Shown: one piece after another, positions 8,687-17,871 of the stretch
Layout: every line of letters starts with the position of its first letter
Position numbering within the stretch: position 1 is the stretch's first letter
NCBI GenBank assembly: GCA_000435515.1
Contig: FR884179.1
Coordinates: 2,780-66,779 of the forward strand
Length of the DNA: 64,000 bases
Direction of reading: 5' to 3'
Source: Firmicutes bacterium CAG:582
GTDB taxonomy: Bacteria > Bacillota_I > Bacilli_A > RF39 > UBA660
The notes under the pieces: model-generated
What the model saw: the letters and a program-made list of their open reading frames with translations, nothing else
Told to the model about the DNA's origin: nothing
The model's database searches: none
Program-made: the position numbers and the translations under genes

Positions 8687-8715
8687 ATTATAACCTCGAA
8701 AGTAAATATATGCAA
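8687..8715 (-). promoter_or_regulatory. sigma-A promoter of the toxin/XRE-M78 pair
   Basis: Minus strand: TTGCAT, 17 nt, TATAAT, about 15-20 nt upstream of the SD and ATG of the 8348..8668 gene. Confidence 0.6.
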
Positions 8716-8716
8716 C

Positions 8717-8743
8717 AAAAAAAAAGAAACAATTTATGTTTCG
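8717..8743 (-). terminator. rho-independent terminator at the end of the polysaccharide cluster
   Basis: Minus strand: GAAACA-UAAAU-UGUUUC followed by U9. Confidence 0.65.
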
Positions 8744-8867
8744 TTTGATATAATTTTTTTCCAAGAGCTATTTAGTAATTTATTATTTATTAAGGATTCA
8801 TCAAAATAACAAATTGAATTAACTACCTATTCAAGAGTTCTCTTTACACTGGACAAATTATTATGAT

Positions 8868-10400
8868 CTATTTTCTCTTTTTTAATCCTTTCAACATATT
8901 TATAAAATATTTAAAGTTTTCATCTTTTGAAAACAATAATAACATAATTACATTTGGAACGATTAAAGCAATTAATACATTACTTATGAATTGAAGATAA
9001 ACATTATCAAAACTTATTAATATAGCTAATGAATAAGTAAATCCTGCTATAAGAATAAATATTATAAAATAATAGATTGTCTCTTTAATATAATCAGAAA
9101 TTTTTCTTCCGAAAAGTTTATTATAAACATATTTCGGATAGCTATAGCACCATAAAACTAATCCACTTGCAATTGTTCCCATAAACACTCCCATAAGTCC
9201 AAATTTTTTAACAAATATAATTGATAAAACTATATTTAATAAAGATTCAATTATAGGAACAAAACGATCCTCATAAAATATACCTGCTGCTTCTTTAAAA
9301 GCTCCATATGTTGAACGTGATGAAACAATAAAGAAGTTAATTACCAAAACTAATAATACTTTTGTAGGTAAAACAAATTTATAACCTATCCAAATAGTTA
9401 TAAAACTATCCATTATCACAAATATACAAATCGATGAAAAACATGATATCCAGAAGTTAACAAAACGAATTTTATTAAAAATATCAAAGTGTTTTGTTTT
9501 TGATTCGGTTACAAGCAAATTACCAACACTAGCTCTTGTAGCTTGAATAATATGATTTATTACAGTTTGAACAGCATTAATAATCATATAATAATTAGAA
9601 TATAAACCAACAGTTACTAATCCTAAGTACTTAGAGATGATAATATTATCCGTTCCTGATACAATAAAAGTTCCTATTTTGTGAAAAAACAAAGCTTTAA
9701 TTTTTTGAAATATATCTTTTTCAGTTTTACTATCTAACTTTGTAACATTATTATCTAAAAGATAACTATATCTTCTATTAACATAAGAAGATATAACAAT
9801 ATTTTCAACTAAACGCATCATTACTTTTATTATTAAATATAAATAATAATCATGAGTAAAGTAAAGGAATGTAAGTTGCATTGTATTAACTAGTATTGTA
9901 TATCCCATATGAATTATATTTGTTATATACTCTTTTTGATCTGCATATAACATACTTCTCTTATAAGATAAAATATACGAGCAAATAGTTTCAAGCAAGA
10001 AAAGAATATAAACTAAATATACATTAATACCTACTGTAACACTTTCGATATCAACAATATATTTAATGAAAGGTATAATCATAATGCCTATAATTGAAAT
10101 TATTAATGTAATAATTCGATAACTTTTTTTATAAAATTGCATCAATGATTTAATTTTTTCATGGTTCTCCTCTGCAATTGGTTTATACATATTATAAATT
10201 ATCGCTGAACCCATACCCAGTTCAACAATACCAAGCATGGATATTACATTAGAAAAAAGACCATTTAATCCTAAATATTCAGATCCTAATATTTTAATAA
10301 AAACCGCTTGAGCAACAAGTCCAACTATAATCGTTAAAACATTTGAACTAACTGCAGTAATCATATTCTTAAAAGAACTTTTTTTACGTTCACTTTTCAT
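8868..10400 (-). CDS. wzx: polysaccharide/oligosaccharide flippase (Wzx, MOP superfamily)
   Basis: 510 aa with ~12-14 TM helices. Typical Wzx N-terminus (KNMITAVSSNVLTIIVGLVAQAVFIKILGSEYLGLNGLF). Sits inside a glycosyltransferase cluster. Confidence 0.75.
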   Translation of the reverse strand: MKSERKKSSFKNMITAVSSNVLTIIVGLVAQAVFIKILGSEYLGLNGLFSNVISMLGIVELGMGSAIIYNMYKPIAEENHEKIKSLMQFYKKSYRIITLIISIIGIMIIPFIKYIVDIESVTVGINVYLVYILFLLETICSYILSYKRSMLYADQKEYITNIIHMGYTILVNTMQLTFLYFTHDYYLYLIIKVMMRLVENIVISSYVNRRYSYLLDNNVTKLDSKTEKDIFQKIKALFFHKIGTFIVSGTDNIIISKYLGLVTVGLYSNYYMIINAVQTVINHIIQATRASVGNLLVTESKTKHFDIFNKIRFVNFWISCFSSICIFVIMDSFITIWIGYKFVLPTKVLLVLVINFFIVSSRSTYGAFKEAAGIFYEDRFVPIIESLLNIVLSIIFVKKFGLMGVFMGTIASGLVLWCYSYPKYVYNKLFGRKISDYIKETIYYFIIFILIAGFTYSLAILISFDNVYLQFISNVLIALIVPNVIMLLLFSKDENFKYFINMLKGLKKRK

Positions 10401-10413
10401 GCTTCACCTACTT

Positions 10414-11499
10414 TCAACTAAAAATGGACATATAAGGAACTGTCCTATCAGCCTTTAAAATACAATAATAATAAATCCAAAAACATAAAGCTAAAATTAA
10501 AAGTATAAACAAAAATATATTTTGATACTTCTTACCAACAAATATTTTAGGAAATTGTGGAATAGTAAATATTGAGAAATATAAATAATAATAAGAAAAT
10601 CTTTGAGCATAATTAGATATTTTTCCTAAGTTATAAAGAATAAACCCCATATAAATAACAAATGGAATATCTTTTAACTTTGTTTTACTAATAACTTTAC
10701 CACTAATAAAACATAATAAAGTTATCAAAATTACCATAACATGCTCAACACCAATAACATTTGATGAATTATCTTTTATATAGAATAAATATCTTTGACT
10801 TAGAATATTAGAATTAATTAAAAAACTAATTATTTCTTTATAAAAAATTACAAACATAACAACTAAAAACAATATAAAAATTTTTACTAAATTAGTGTAT
10901 TTACCTTTAAATAGACTAATTATTTTATACATTATAAATAAAATAAATCCAATAATAGCTGTATTATGAAATAAAAATGCCAACAGTATTAAAAATAAAG
11001 ATTTTTTATTATCAGTTTTATAAAAACAAAAAGAATATAAAATAATACTTATTGATATTGTTTGTCTGATCATGTTTAACGATCTATTATAAAAAAGTAA
11101 TAAAAACAAAAGATAAGAAATCCATGGAGGACAATCTTTTTCATAATAAACACATGCCTTCAAAATAAAATATTGTATTATAAATTGAAGAATAAAATAT
11201 ACTATATTTACACTTGGAATAGTTTTAACAACTAACATATTAATTAGTATATATAAGTATTCTATGTCTGTATGATTGGCAATATAAGGCATTGTTTTTC
11301 CTCTTAAACACAAATCATAAACTATTCTAACATAATTATTAGTGTCTGTTCCAATACCTGCTTGCCTAAATCCTGCTAAAAGTGATGGAAACAATATAGC
11401 AAAAATAAGAAACATTTTCTTTTTTGCTGAAGATGTTGTTTTACCATATAAAAATAGGAATATAGTACTTAATAAAAACACAAATAAATATATAAACAT
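10414..11499 (-). CDS. EpsG/Wzy-like polysaccharide polymerase membrane protein
   Basis: 361 aa, highly hydrophobic and polytopic, adjacent to wzx. The family call is by context and architecture. Confidence 0.55.
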   Translation of the reverse strand: MFIYLFVFLLSTIFLFLYGKTTSSAKKKMFLIFAILFPSLLAGFRQAGIGTDTNNYVRIVYDLCLRGKTMPYIANHTDIEYLYILINMLVVKTIPSVNIVYFILQFIIQYFILKACVYYEKDCPPWISYLLFLLLFYNRSLNMIRQTISISIILYSFCFYKTDNKKSLFLILLAFLFHNTAIIGFILFIMYKIISLFKGKYTNLVKIFILFLVVMFVIFYKEIISFLINSNILSQRYLFYIKDNSSNVIGVEHVMVILITLLCFISGKVISKTKLKDIPFVIYMGFILYNLGKISNYAQRFSYYYLYFSIFTIPQFPKIFVGKKYQNIFLFILLILALCFWIYYYCILKADRTVPYMSIFS

Positions 11500-11503
11500 G
11501 TTA

Positions 11504-12484
11504 TCACCTTTTTATCTTATAATAGATTTTATTAATTATAAAATAAAATCTATATTTTTTTTGAATTAATAACTTAGTAAGAAACCTATCTTTAAATTCT
11601 AAACTCTTTAAAGAATTCAAGTTTACTTGTATCATTTTAATATCAGTTTTTTCATAAATATAACTCATAATTTCTAAAAACTCTTTATAGTTTATGTTAG
11701 TTGTTTTAATCAAATATTTTAACTTCATATTTAATCTTTTAAAAATAAAAGTTTTCATAAAATCTGTATCATTACAATATTTAGAAAGTGATTTAAATAC
11801 ATTAACATTATCTATGCATTCTTTTACTCTTACTTCAACATTACTTTTCTTGGTCATGCTATTATCATTATATAGATAATTATATCCAACATAATCAACA
11901 TAACCATAACTGTTACCATTTGCAAAACACTCACATATAAACTTTATATCTTCAGCAAATTTTATACTTGTATCAAATCTTACATTTTTAATGATATCCT
12001 TTTTTAAAAAGATTCCGCCACCATAACCAAAAAATATATTTTTCATGATTAAATCCATTGAATCTTTTTTAAAGATAATATTTCCTAAAGGGTATTTTAC
12101 TTCATTAATTACTTTTCCATCTAAAGAAACATTTCTATACCCGCATCTTACTATATCGCATTCAGTTTTAGTAGCATAATTGTGTACAACTTCAATAAAA
12201 TCTTTATCGATGTAATCATCACTATCGACAAACATAATATAGTTCCCAGTTGATAAATCTATACCTAAGTTTCTAGCACTGCTGACTCCACCATTTTCCT
12301 TATAAACATATTTCAATCTCTTATCATTTACTTTTTCTATAATGTCTTTGGTATTATCAGTTGAACCATCATCTATAACTATTAATTCAATATTTTTAAA
12401 CGTTTGATTTAATATTGAATCAATACATTTTTTTATATACTTTGATGTATTATATGTTGGAACAATTACAGTAACAAGATTCAT
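11504..12484 (-). CDS. glycosyltransferase family 2
   Basis: VTVIVPTYNTSKYIKKCIDSILNQTF...IVIDDGSTDNT...FVDSDD (DxD). Confidence 0.85.
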   Translation of the reverse strand: MNLVTVIVPTYNTSKYIKKCIDSILNQTFKNIELIVIDDGSTDNTKDIIEKVNDKRLKYVYKENGGVSSARNLGIDLSTGNYIMFVDSDDYIDKDFIEVVHNYATKTECDIVRCGYRNVSLDGKVINEVKYPLGNIIFKKDSMDLIMKNIFFGYGGGIFLKKDIIKNVRFDTSIKFAEDIKFICECFANGNSYGYVDYVGYNYLYNDNSMTKKSNVEVRVKECIDNVNVFKSLSKYCNDTDFMKTFIFKRLNMKLKYLIKTTNINYKEFLEIMSYIYEKTDIKMIQVNLNSLKSLEFKDRFLTKLLIQKKYRFYFIINKIYYKIKR

Positions 12485-13357
12485 TTACATCGTCTCCAAT
12501 TCTTTAATTAACACTTTGCTAGACTTAATGGCATTTTTATAAACAAACAAATTTTTACTTCTTTTAGTCTTTTTAATCGAATTTGTAGCAGAATCTTCAT
12601 TGTGAAATATAACAATTTTAGGATTATATACAGATTTAAGCCCACATTTTTTTAATTTAGCAGCCAATATCTTCTCCTCCATATACATAAAAGTTCTTGA
12701 ATCCAATCCATTAAATTGTTCAAAATACTTTTTAGAAAATATTAAAAATGCTCCATGTAAAACAATATTCTCTTGTCTTTCATCAACACCATCCATATTA
12801 TAATAACTCTTTACTGTTCTTTTTTTCAAAAATATTTTTTTTAAACCATCATAAATAAAACTAATATAAAACAAGTTACAATAATAATTAACATATAATC
12901 TAAATACTCGTTTTTTCAACTCTTTTAAGGAAATCAACTCTTTTTGAATTGGATTTACTTTATTATCAGGAAGAAGTATTTTAGGCCCCATTACTGCATA
13001 ATGACTATTTTCATACTCATCTTTAACTAATTTATAAAAATTATCATCTAGTAAATAAGTATCATTATTGAGCATAACAACAAAATCAGCGTCAAAATTT
13101 TTATGAATATACTCAAATCCTAAATTATTACCATTCGCAAATCCCAAGTTTTTAGAAGAAAGTATAACCTCTATAGTTTTATCGTTTTCATACTCGGACT
13201 TTAAACTCACACCTGATTTATTCAGTGAATTATTATCTACAACAACAATTCTATAATTAGCATGAATATATTTTTTGATTGATTCAACACACTTTCTTGT
13301 ATCGTCAATTGTGTTATAGTGAAGAATTAAAAAAACAATATCAACTTTCTCTTTCAT
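12485..13357 (-). CDS. glycosyltransferase family 2
   Basis: VDIVFLILHYNTIDDT...VVVDNNSLNKSG...MLNNDT pattern of GT2 (rhamnosyltransferase-like). Confidence 0.75.
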   Translation of the reverse strand: MKEKVDIVFLILHYNTIDDTRKCVESIKKYIHANYRIVVVDNNSLNKSGVSLKSEYENDKTIEVILSSKNLGFANGNNLGFEYIHKNFDADFVVMLNNDTYLLDDNFYKLVKDEYENSHYAVMGPKILLPDNKVNPIQKELISLKELKKRVFRLYVNYYCNLFYISFIYDGLKKIFLKKRTVKSYYNMDGVDERQENIVLHGAFLIFSKKYFEQFNGLDSRTFMYMEEKILAAKLKKCGLKSVYNPKIVIFHNEDSATNSIKKTKRSKNLFVYKNAIKSSKVLIKELETM

Positions 13358-14021
13358 AAATTAACCTCTTTTCCCGTTTTTTTATCTCTAAAAGGAATTC
13401 ATTATCATCTTTGATATATGGTTTTAAAATATTATAGAATGATGAAGCATCGTCCCAATACTCATGATTTTTATACTTTTCTCCTAAAGTTTTTTCAACT
13501 CGTAAAGGAAACTTAAATGAATTATTATCCACTTTTATTGCACAACCATAATCAATAACCTTTATATTTTCTCGATTTATTATTATATTTTCTGGTCTAA
13601 TATCTCTATGTACAATTTTATAACTATATAAATAGTCTAAATATTCAATTATTTGCTTTAATATTTTATCATTGACCATATTTTCCTTTAAATACTCATC
13701 AAAAGTTTGGCCATCAACATATTCTTCTATAAAATATTTTTTAGATACTTTTAATATTCCAGGGACGAAATTACTTTGATTTAAAATATTCAAGATATTT
13801 ATTTCATTTTTATACAAATTAAAAATATCAAAACCTTTTATTATAACTTTCTCATTCAAGTACTTTCCAAAATAAACATTTGAACCACTAACATAATTAT
13901 GTTTCTTTCCTAATTGAATTGCTTGATATTCATTTTTAATTTTTTTATAAATTGAAGTGTTAAATAAATCATTAATTAAAATTATAATTCTATAATATAT
14001 AGCAACTAAATAATGTATCAT
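13341..14021 (-). CDS. minimal protein-kinase-like fold protein (Kdo/WaaP-like; possible sugar or polysaccharide kinase)
   Basis: Candidate VAIK-like Lys (VIIKGF), catalytic loop VHRDIRPENIII, and a DFG equivalent VIDYGCA. 226 aa. Overlaps both flanking GT genes. Confidence 0.55.
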   Translation of the reverse strand: MIHYLVAIYYRIIILINDLFNTSIYKKIKNEYQAIQLGKKHNYVSGSNVYFGKYLNEKVIIKGFDIFNLYKNEINILNILNQSNFVPGILKVSKKYFIEEYVDGQTFDEYLKENMVNDKILKQIIEYLDYLYSYKIVHRDIRPENIIINRENIKVIDYGCAIKVDNNSFKFPLRVEKTLGEKYKNHEYWDDASSFYNILKPYIKDDNEFLLEIKKREKRLIYERES

Positions 14022-14725
14022 TTTACCCTCCAGTATTCTACTATAAATATAATTCTATTTTTTATCATTTTAAACAAAGAATGATGTTTTAGCTCAGAAA
14101 CATTGTTACTATGTCTTCTATATCTAATTAATTTGTCGTTAATAAATACAACTTTCCCATGTTTTTCACATTGAATTCCAATCCATTGATCATGCATTTC
14201 AATATTATTTGGTATAGGTAAAATATATTTTTTCATATCTTCTCTTATAGCCATACAGCAACCTATATAAGAATTTCTTATTATATTCCTAATAATTCCC
14301 CTTTTAGAATTTCTTAATTTAAAAAAAGAATCATACAAAATATTATTTGTACCACTTTCAAATACAACATTGTCGTGAATAACACATGAACAACCAGTTT
14401 TATCAAAAGTATTTAGAACTTTTTCAACTTTAGAGGGTTCCCAAATATCATCCTGATCACTTAAAAATATATATTTTCCATTAGAATGACTTATAGCATT
14501 AGCAAAATTTTGTTTTACTCCCATCTTAGGACCTTCAATGACTTTTATACGCTTATCGTTAAAGTTTTTGATTATTGATAAAGTATTATCCAAAGAACCA
14601 TCATCAGAAATAATAACTTCATCATTTTCATTCAGTTGAACCAAAATTGATTCAAGCTGTTCCTTAATATATTTTTCCCCATTAAAAGAAGCTAAAGCAA
14701 CTGAAATAAAATAATCACGCTTCAT
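14018..14725 (-). CDS. glycosyltransferase family 2
   Basis: ISVALASFNGEKYIKEQLESIL...IISDDGSLDNT...LSDQDD. Confidence 0.85.
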   Translation of the reverse strand: MKRDYFISVALASFNGEKYIKEQLESILVQLNENDEVIISDDGSLDNTLSIIKNFNDKRIKVIEGPKMGVKQNFANAISHSNGKYIFLSDQDDIWEPSKVEKVLNTFDKTGCSCVIHDNVVFESGTNNILYDSFFKLRNSKRGIIRNIIRNSYIGCCMAIREDMKKYILPIPNNIEMHDQWIGIQCEKHGKVVFINDKLIRYRRHSNNVSELKHHSLFKMIKNRIIFIVEYWRVK

Positions 14726-15564
14726 TACTTTTTCCCCGCTTTCATTCCTAAAAATCTTGCTCCCATATCAAATGGATATCTAATAATTAAATGCCATTTA
14801 AAATCAGTAATAATACGTTTTAATACATATTTGGCAAGTTTTGCTCCACTTCCTGTTGTTCCAAATCTATCTAAATAAGAGTTTTCCTTAAAAAATTTAC
14901 CAGTTAATTTATATCTATCATATATTTCTTTTAACTTAAATTTATGAGAATGATTAACTACTGAATCAGCACAGTATTTTATTTTGAAACCATTCATAAT
15001 TATTTTATATGCAATATACATGTCTTCATTTATTGGTAAATTTTTATTATCATATCCATTTAACTCAACAAAAACACTTCTTTTTATAGCAGATGCTGCA
15101 TCAGAAAAGAAAAATGTTTTTAATCCTAATTCATCTATATTATCTTTTGAAACAATTCTCGATTTATTTGGATAATTAAATTCTCTAGTATATTTTTCAA
15201 TATTATTATATTTGGATATTTGTCTTGAATAAGTAGCTACAACTTCATCATTAATATCTTTTGTTAAATTATAAAGCCACAACTCATCAGTAATAACAAC
15301 ATCTTGAGTTACAAATACAACTATGTCTGCATCACTTTCCATTGCTTCTTTTTCTCTAACTAAACTATGTGAAAATTCACTTCTTCTAATCAAAGTATAT
15401 GAAATATTTGCATTATCCATTATCTCTTTAGTATTATCACTAGATTCAGTTAAGACATATCTTATTTTATTTAATAAAACATTCTTTTGCATTAAAAATG
15501 ACTTATTTAAATCTATAATATATTTACTTGCATTATAAAGTGGGCAAATAATATCAATTTTCAT
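14725..15564 (-). CDS. glycosyltransferase family 2-like
   Basis: KIDIICPLYNASKYI...VFVTQDV... GT2-like N-terminal Rossmann region. Confidence 0.65.
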   Translation of the reverse strand: MKIDIICPLYNASKYIIDLNKSFLMQKNVLLNKIRYVLTESSDNTKEIMDNANISYTLIRRSEFSHSLVREKEAMESDADIVVFVTQDVVITDELWLYNLTKDINDEVVATYSRQISKYNNIEKYTREFNYPNKSRIVSKDNIDELGLKTFFFSDAASAIKRSVFVELNGYDNKNLPINEDMYIAYKIIMNGFKIKYCADSVVNHSHKFKLKEIYDRYKLTGKFFKENSYLDRFGTTGSGAKLAKYVLKRIITDFKWHLIIRYPFDMGARFLGMKAGKK

Positions 15565-15610
15565 ACTTTCACCTCTATAAAAAAACTATATACATTTAAT
15601 TGTATATAGC

Positions 15611-16285
15611 TTATCTTGCACCATCTCTTTTAATAACAGAAATAATTGTCTTAAAAATAATTTTTATATCTAAACCAATGGATTGATGATTAACATAATA
15701 CATCTCTAATCTTATTCTATTAGCATAATTGGTTTGACTTCTACCATTACAAGCCCACCAACCTGTTAGACCAGGAGTAACACTTAAAAACTTACTTTTC
15801 ATCTTTCCATATTTATCAATTTCACCATCAATTATAGGTCTAGGTCCAACAATAGACATATCACCATTCATGATGTTTATCAACTGAGGAAGTTCATCTA
15901 AAGATGTCTTTCTTAAGAAATTACCGACTTTAGTCACCCTTGGATCGTTATGCAATTTAAAGTTTTCACTCCACTCTTTTGCTACTTTTGGATCTTTAAG
16001 TAACTCTGCTAATCTTTCTTGAGAATCTGTATACATCGTTCTAAATTTTAAGACATAAATATACTTTCCGTTTTTTCCAATTCTTTTATGTTTATAAAAT
16101 ACTTTACCTTTTGATTCAATCTTTATAGCAACTGCTATAATTAAAAATACTGGTAAAAGCACAATAAACGCGAATAAACTAGCTATACAATCAAATGTTC
16201 TTTTAATTCCTAAATATAAATTTCTTCTTATATTTGGATTTGTAACAGACATACTTTCTGCTACTGCAATACTTCCTTCGTTCAT
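15611..16285 (-). CDS. undecaprenyl-phosphate sugar phosphotransferase (small monotopic PGT; WbaP C-terminal / EpsL-like)
   Basis: KRTFDCIASLFAFIVLLPVFLI...KFRTM...DELPQLINIMNGDMSIVGPRP...PGLTGWWACNGRS, the bacterial sugar transferase signature. Confidence 0.9.
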   Translation of the reverse strand: MNEGSIAVAESMSVTNPNIRRNLYLGIKRTFDCIASLFAFIVLLPVFLIIAVAIKIESKGKVFYKHKRIGKNGKYIYVLKFRTMYTDSQERLAELLKDPKVAKEWSENFKLHNDPRVTKVGNFLRKTSLDELPQLINIMNGDMSIVGPRPIIDGEIDKYGKMKSKFLSVTPGLTGWWACNGRSQTNYANRIRLEMYYVNHQSIGLDIKIIFKTIISVIKRDGAR

Positions 16286-16456
16286 AACCTTAACCCCTCT
16301 TTTATGTACCCCCTACGTCTTGAATTGATAACTATACTAACACAAAAGAAGAAAAAAAGCAAATTTTCAAACGAAACATTCAAGTATTCTATAGTTATTA
16401 TAGCAAAAAGTAAGCATAATTCATTTAAAACAAACATTTTTAGGCACTTTATTTAC

Positions 16457-16480
16457 AAAAAAAAGAGGAAAATTCCTCTT
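16457..16480 (-). terminator. rho-independent terminator after the yjcZ-like pair
   Basis: Minus strand: AGAGGAA-UU-UUCCUCU followed by U8, overlapping the stop codon of the 38-aa ORF. Confidence 0.65.
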
Positions 16481-16595
16481 AATATGCATATATTGAACTA
16501 ACAATAATAGCAAGTAGAATAAATAATACAAGAATGATGAAGAATGTATTACCATAACCTTGATTATTTATTGAGGGTTTAGTATTACAATTCAT
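16479..16595 (-). CDS. YjcZ-family tiny sporulation membrane protein (38 aa)
   Basis: Absent from the ORF track. AGGAGGTG SD, then MNCNTKPSINNQGYGNTFFIILVLFILLAIIVSSIYAY. The VLFILL core is typical of the YjcZ family. Confidence 0.7.
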   Translation of the reverse strand: MNCNTKPSINNQGYGNTFFIILVLFILLAIIVSSIYAY

Positions 16596-16612
16596 GTCTT
16601 AACACCTCCTTT

Positions 16613-16705
16613 TTAGATAAATGCTCCTACTATGATAATTAATAAAATAAATAGAACTAATATGAAAGCAGCACCAGAAATATTATTATTGCAACATTTA
16701 TTCAT
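16613..16705 (-). CDS. YjcZ-family tiny sporulation membrane protein (30 aa)
   Basis: Absent from the ORF track. GGAGGGAG SD, then MNKCCNNNISGAAFILVLFILLIIIVGAFI, with the FxLxVLFILLIIVG core of the YjcZ family. Confidence 0.7.
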   Translation of the reverse strand: MNKCCNNNISGAAFILVLFILLIIIVGAFI

Positions 16706-16830
16706 TATTCTCCCTCCTTTTCATTACTCACTTTATTGTATGGTAAATCCATCACTTTTGTGCCTGTTTTAAAGAAATTAATATTATTTTTTTTATATAC
16801 GTGATATAATACCTATTAGGGAGGATAGAG

Positions 16831-17826
16831 ATGAAAAAGAAATTATTAGTTGTAGTAATGGCAAGTGTTATGCTTACTGGTTGTGGGAAAACAATTCCTA
16901 AGCTAAGTAATGGTGAAGAAGCAATCGTCAATTTTAAAAATGGTGATAAGATAAGTGTTAATGAAGTATGGAATGAAGTTAAAACTTCTTATGGACTTAA
17001 TGTAATCCTTGAAAAAATCGACACTAAAATATTAGAAGATAAATTTAAAGACAAAAAAGCTGATATTGATGAATATATGAAAAACTATGAAACATCATTA
17101 AAAGCTAATTATGTTGATAAAAGTGGAAATTATGATGAAACTGCACTTTTAAGTGCATTAAGTCAATATGGATATTCTTCATTAGAACAATACTTAACTC
17201 AACGTAGACTTTCTTATATGGAAAATTTACAAACTGAAAGTTATGCAAAAAGCTTAATCACTGATAAAGATATTGAAAAATATTATAAAAACAAACAAAA
17301 AGGTGACATCAGTTGTGTTCATATTTTAGTAAAACCTACATCTTCAAGCGATTCAGATACTAAGGCTGCTGAAAATAAAGCAAAAGAAATTATAACTGCT
17401 ATTGAAAATGATATAAAATCTGGTACAAGTGCTGCTGATGCTTTTGCAAAATACAAAGATAATTCAGAAGTAACATATCAAGATTTAGGATTCTTCAATC
17501 ATGGAGATATGGTAGAAGCTTTTGAAACAGCTGCTTATAAATTAAAAAAAGGTGAATATACAAAAGCACCTGTAAAAACAACTTATGGATATCATGCAAT
17601 ATTAAAAGTTGATGAAAAAGAAAAAGACACTTTAGAAAATCTAAAGGATAAAATTAAAGAAACACTTGCAAAAGAAAAAATAAATGATGATTCTACTATT
17701 TCTATTAATTCAATGGTTGAATTAAGAAAAGAATATGGTGTAAACTTTGATGATTCAGAAATTGAAAGTGCATATAATAAATATATAAACTATTTAATTA
17801 ATCAAAGTAAAAATTCATCTAATTAA
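16831..17826 (+). CDS. prsA: foldase lipoprotein PrsA (parvulin-type peptidyl-prolyl isomerase)
   Basis: Lipobox MLTGCGK. Parvulin domain ...ISCVHILVKP...GDLGFFNHGDMVEAFETAAYKLKKGEYT...TTYGYHAILKV. Confidence 0.85.
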   Translation: MKKKLLVVVMASVMLTGCGKTIPKLSNGEEAIVNFKNGDKISVNEVWNEVKTSYGLNVILEKIDTKILEDKFKDKKADIDEYMKNYETSLKANYVDKSGNYDETALLSALSQYGYSSLEQYLTQRRLSYMENLQTESYAKSLITDKDIEKYYKNKQKGDISCVHILVKPTSSSDSDTKAAENKAKEIITAIENDIKSGTSAADAFAKYKDNSEVTYQDLGFFNHGDMVEAFETAAYKLKKGEYTKAPVKTTYGYHAILKVDEKEKDTLENLKDKIKETLAKEKINDDSTISINSMVELRKEYGVNFDDSEIESAYNKYINYLINQSKNSSN

Positions 17827-17830
17827 AAAC

Positions 17831-17871
17831 AAAAAATAGAGAGGTTAACTTAATAACTTCTCTATTTTTTT
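17831..17871 (+). terminator. terminator of prsA (bidirectional hairpin overlapping the stop of the convergent gene)
   Basis: AUAGAGAGGUUA-loop-UAACUUCUCUAU followed by U7. Confidence 0.6.

Noticed and set aside
16304-16501. 65-aa + strand ORF (MYPLRLELITILTQKKKK...) in the polysaccharide-cluster upstream region
   Set aside because: It has no SD and a Lys-rich low-complexity translation. It overlaps the minus-strand yjcZ-like ORF and its terminator. The region is better explained as the 5' UTR and promoter (TGcTATAAT) of the cluster.
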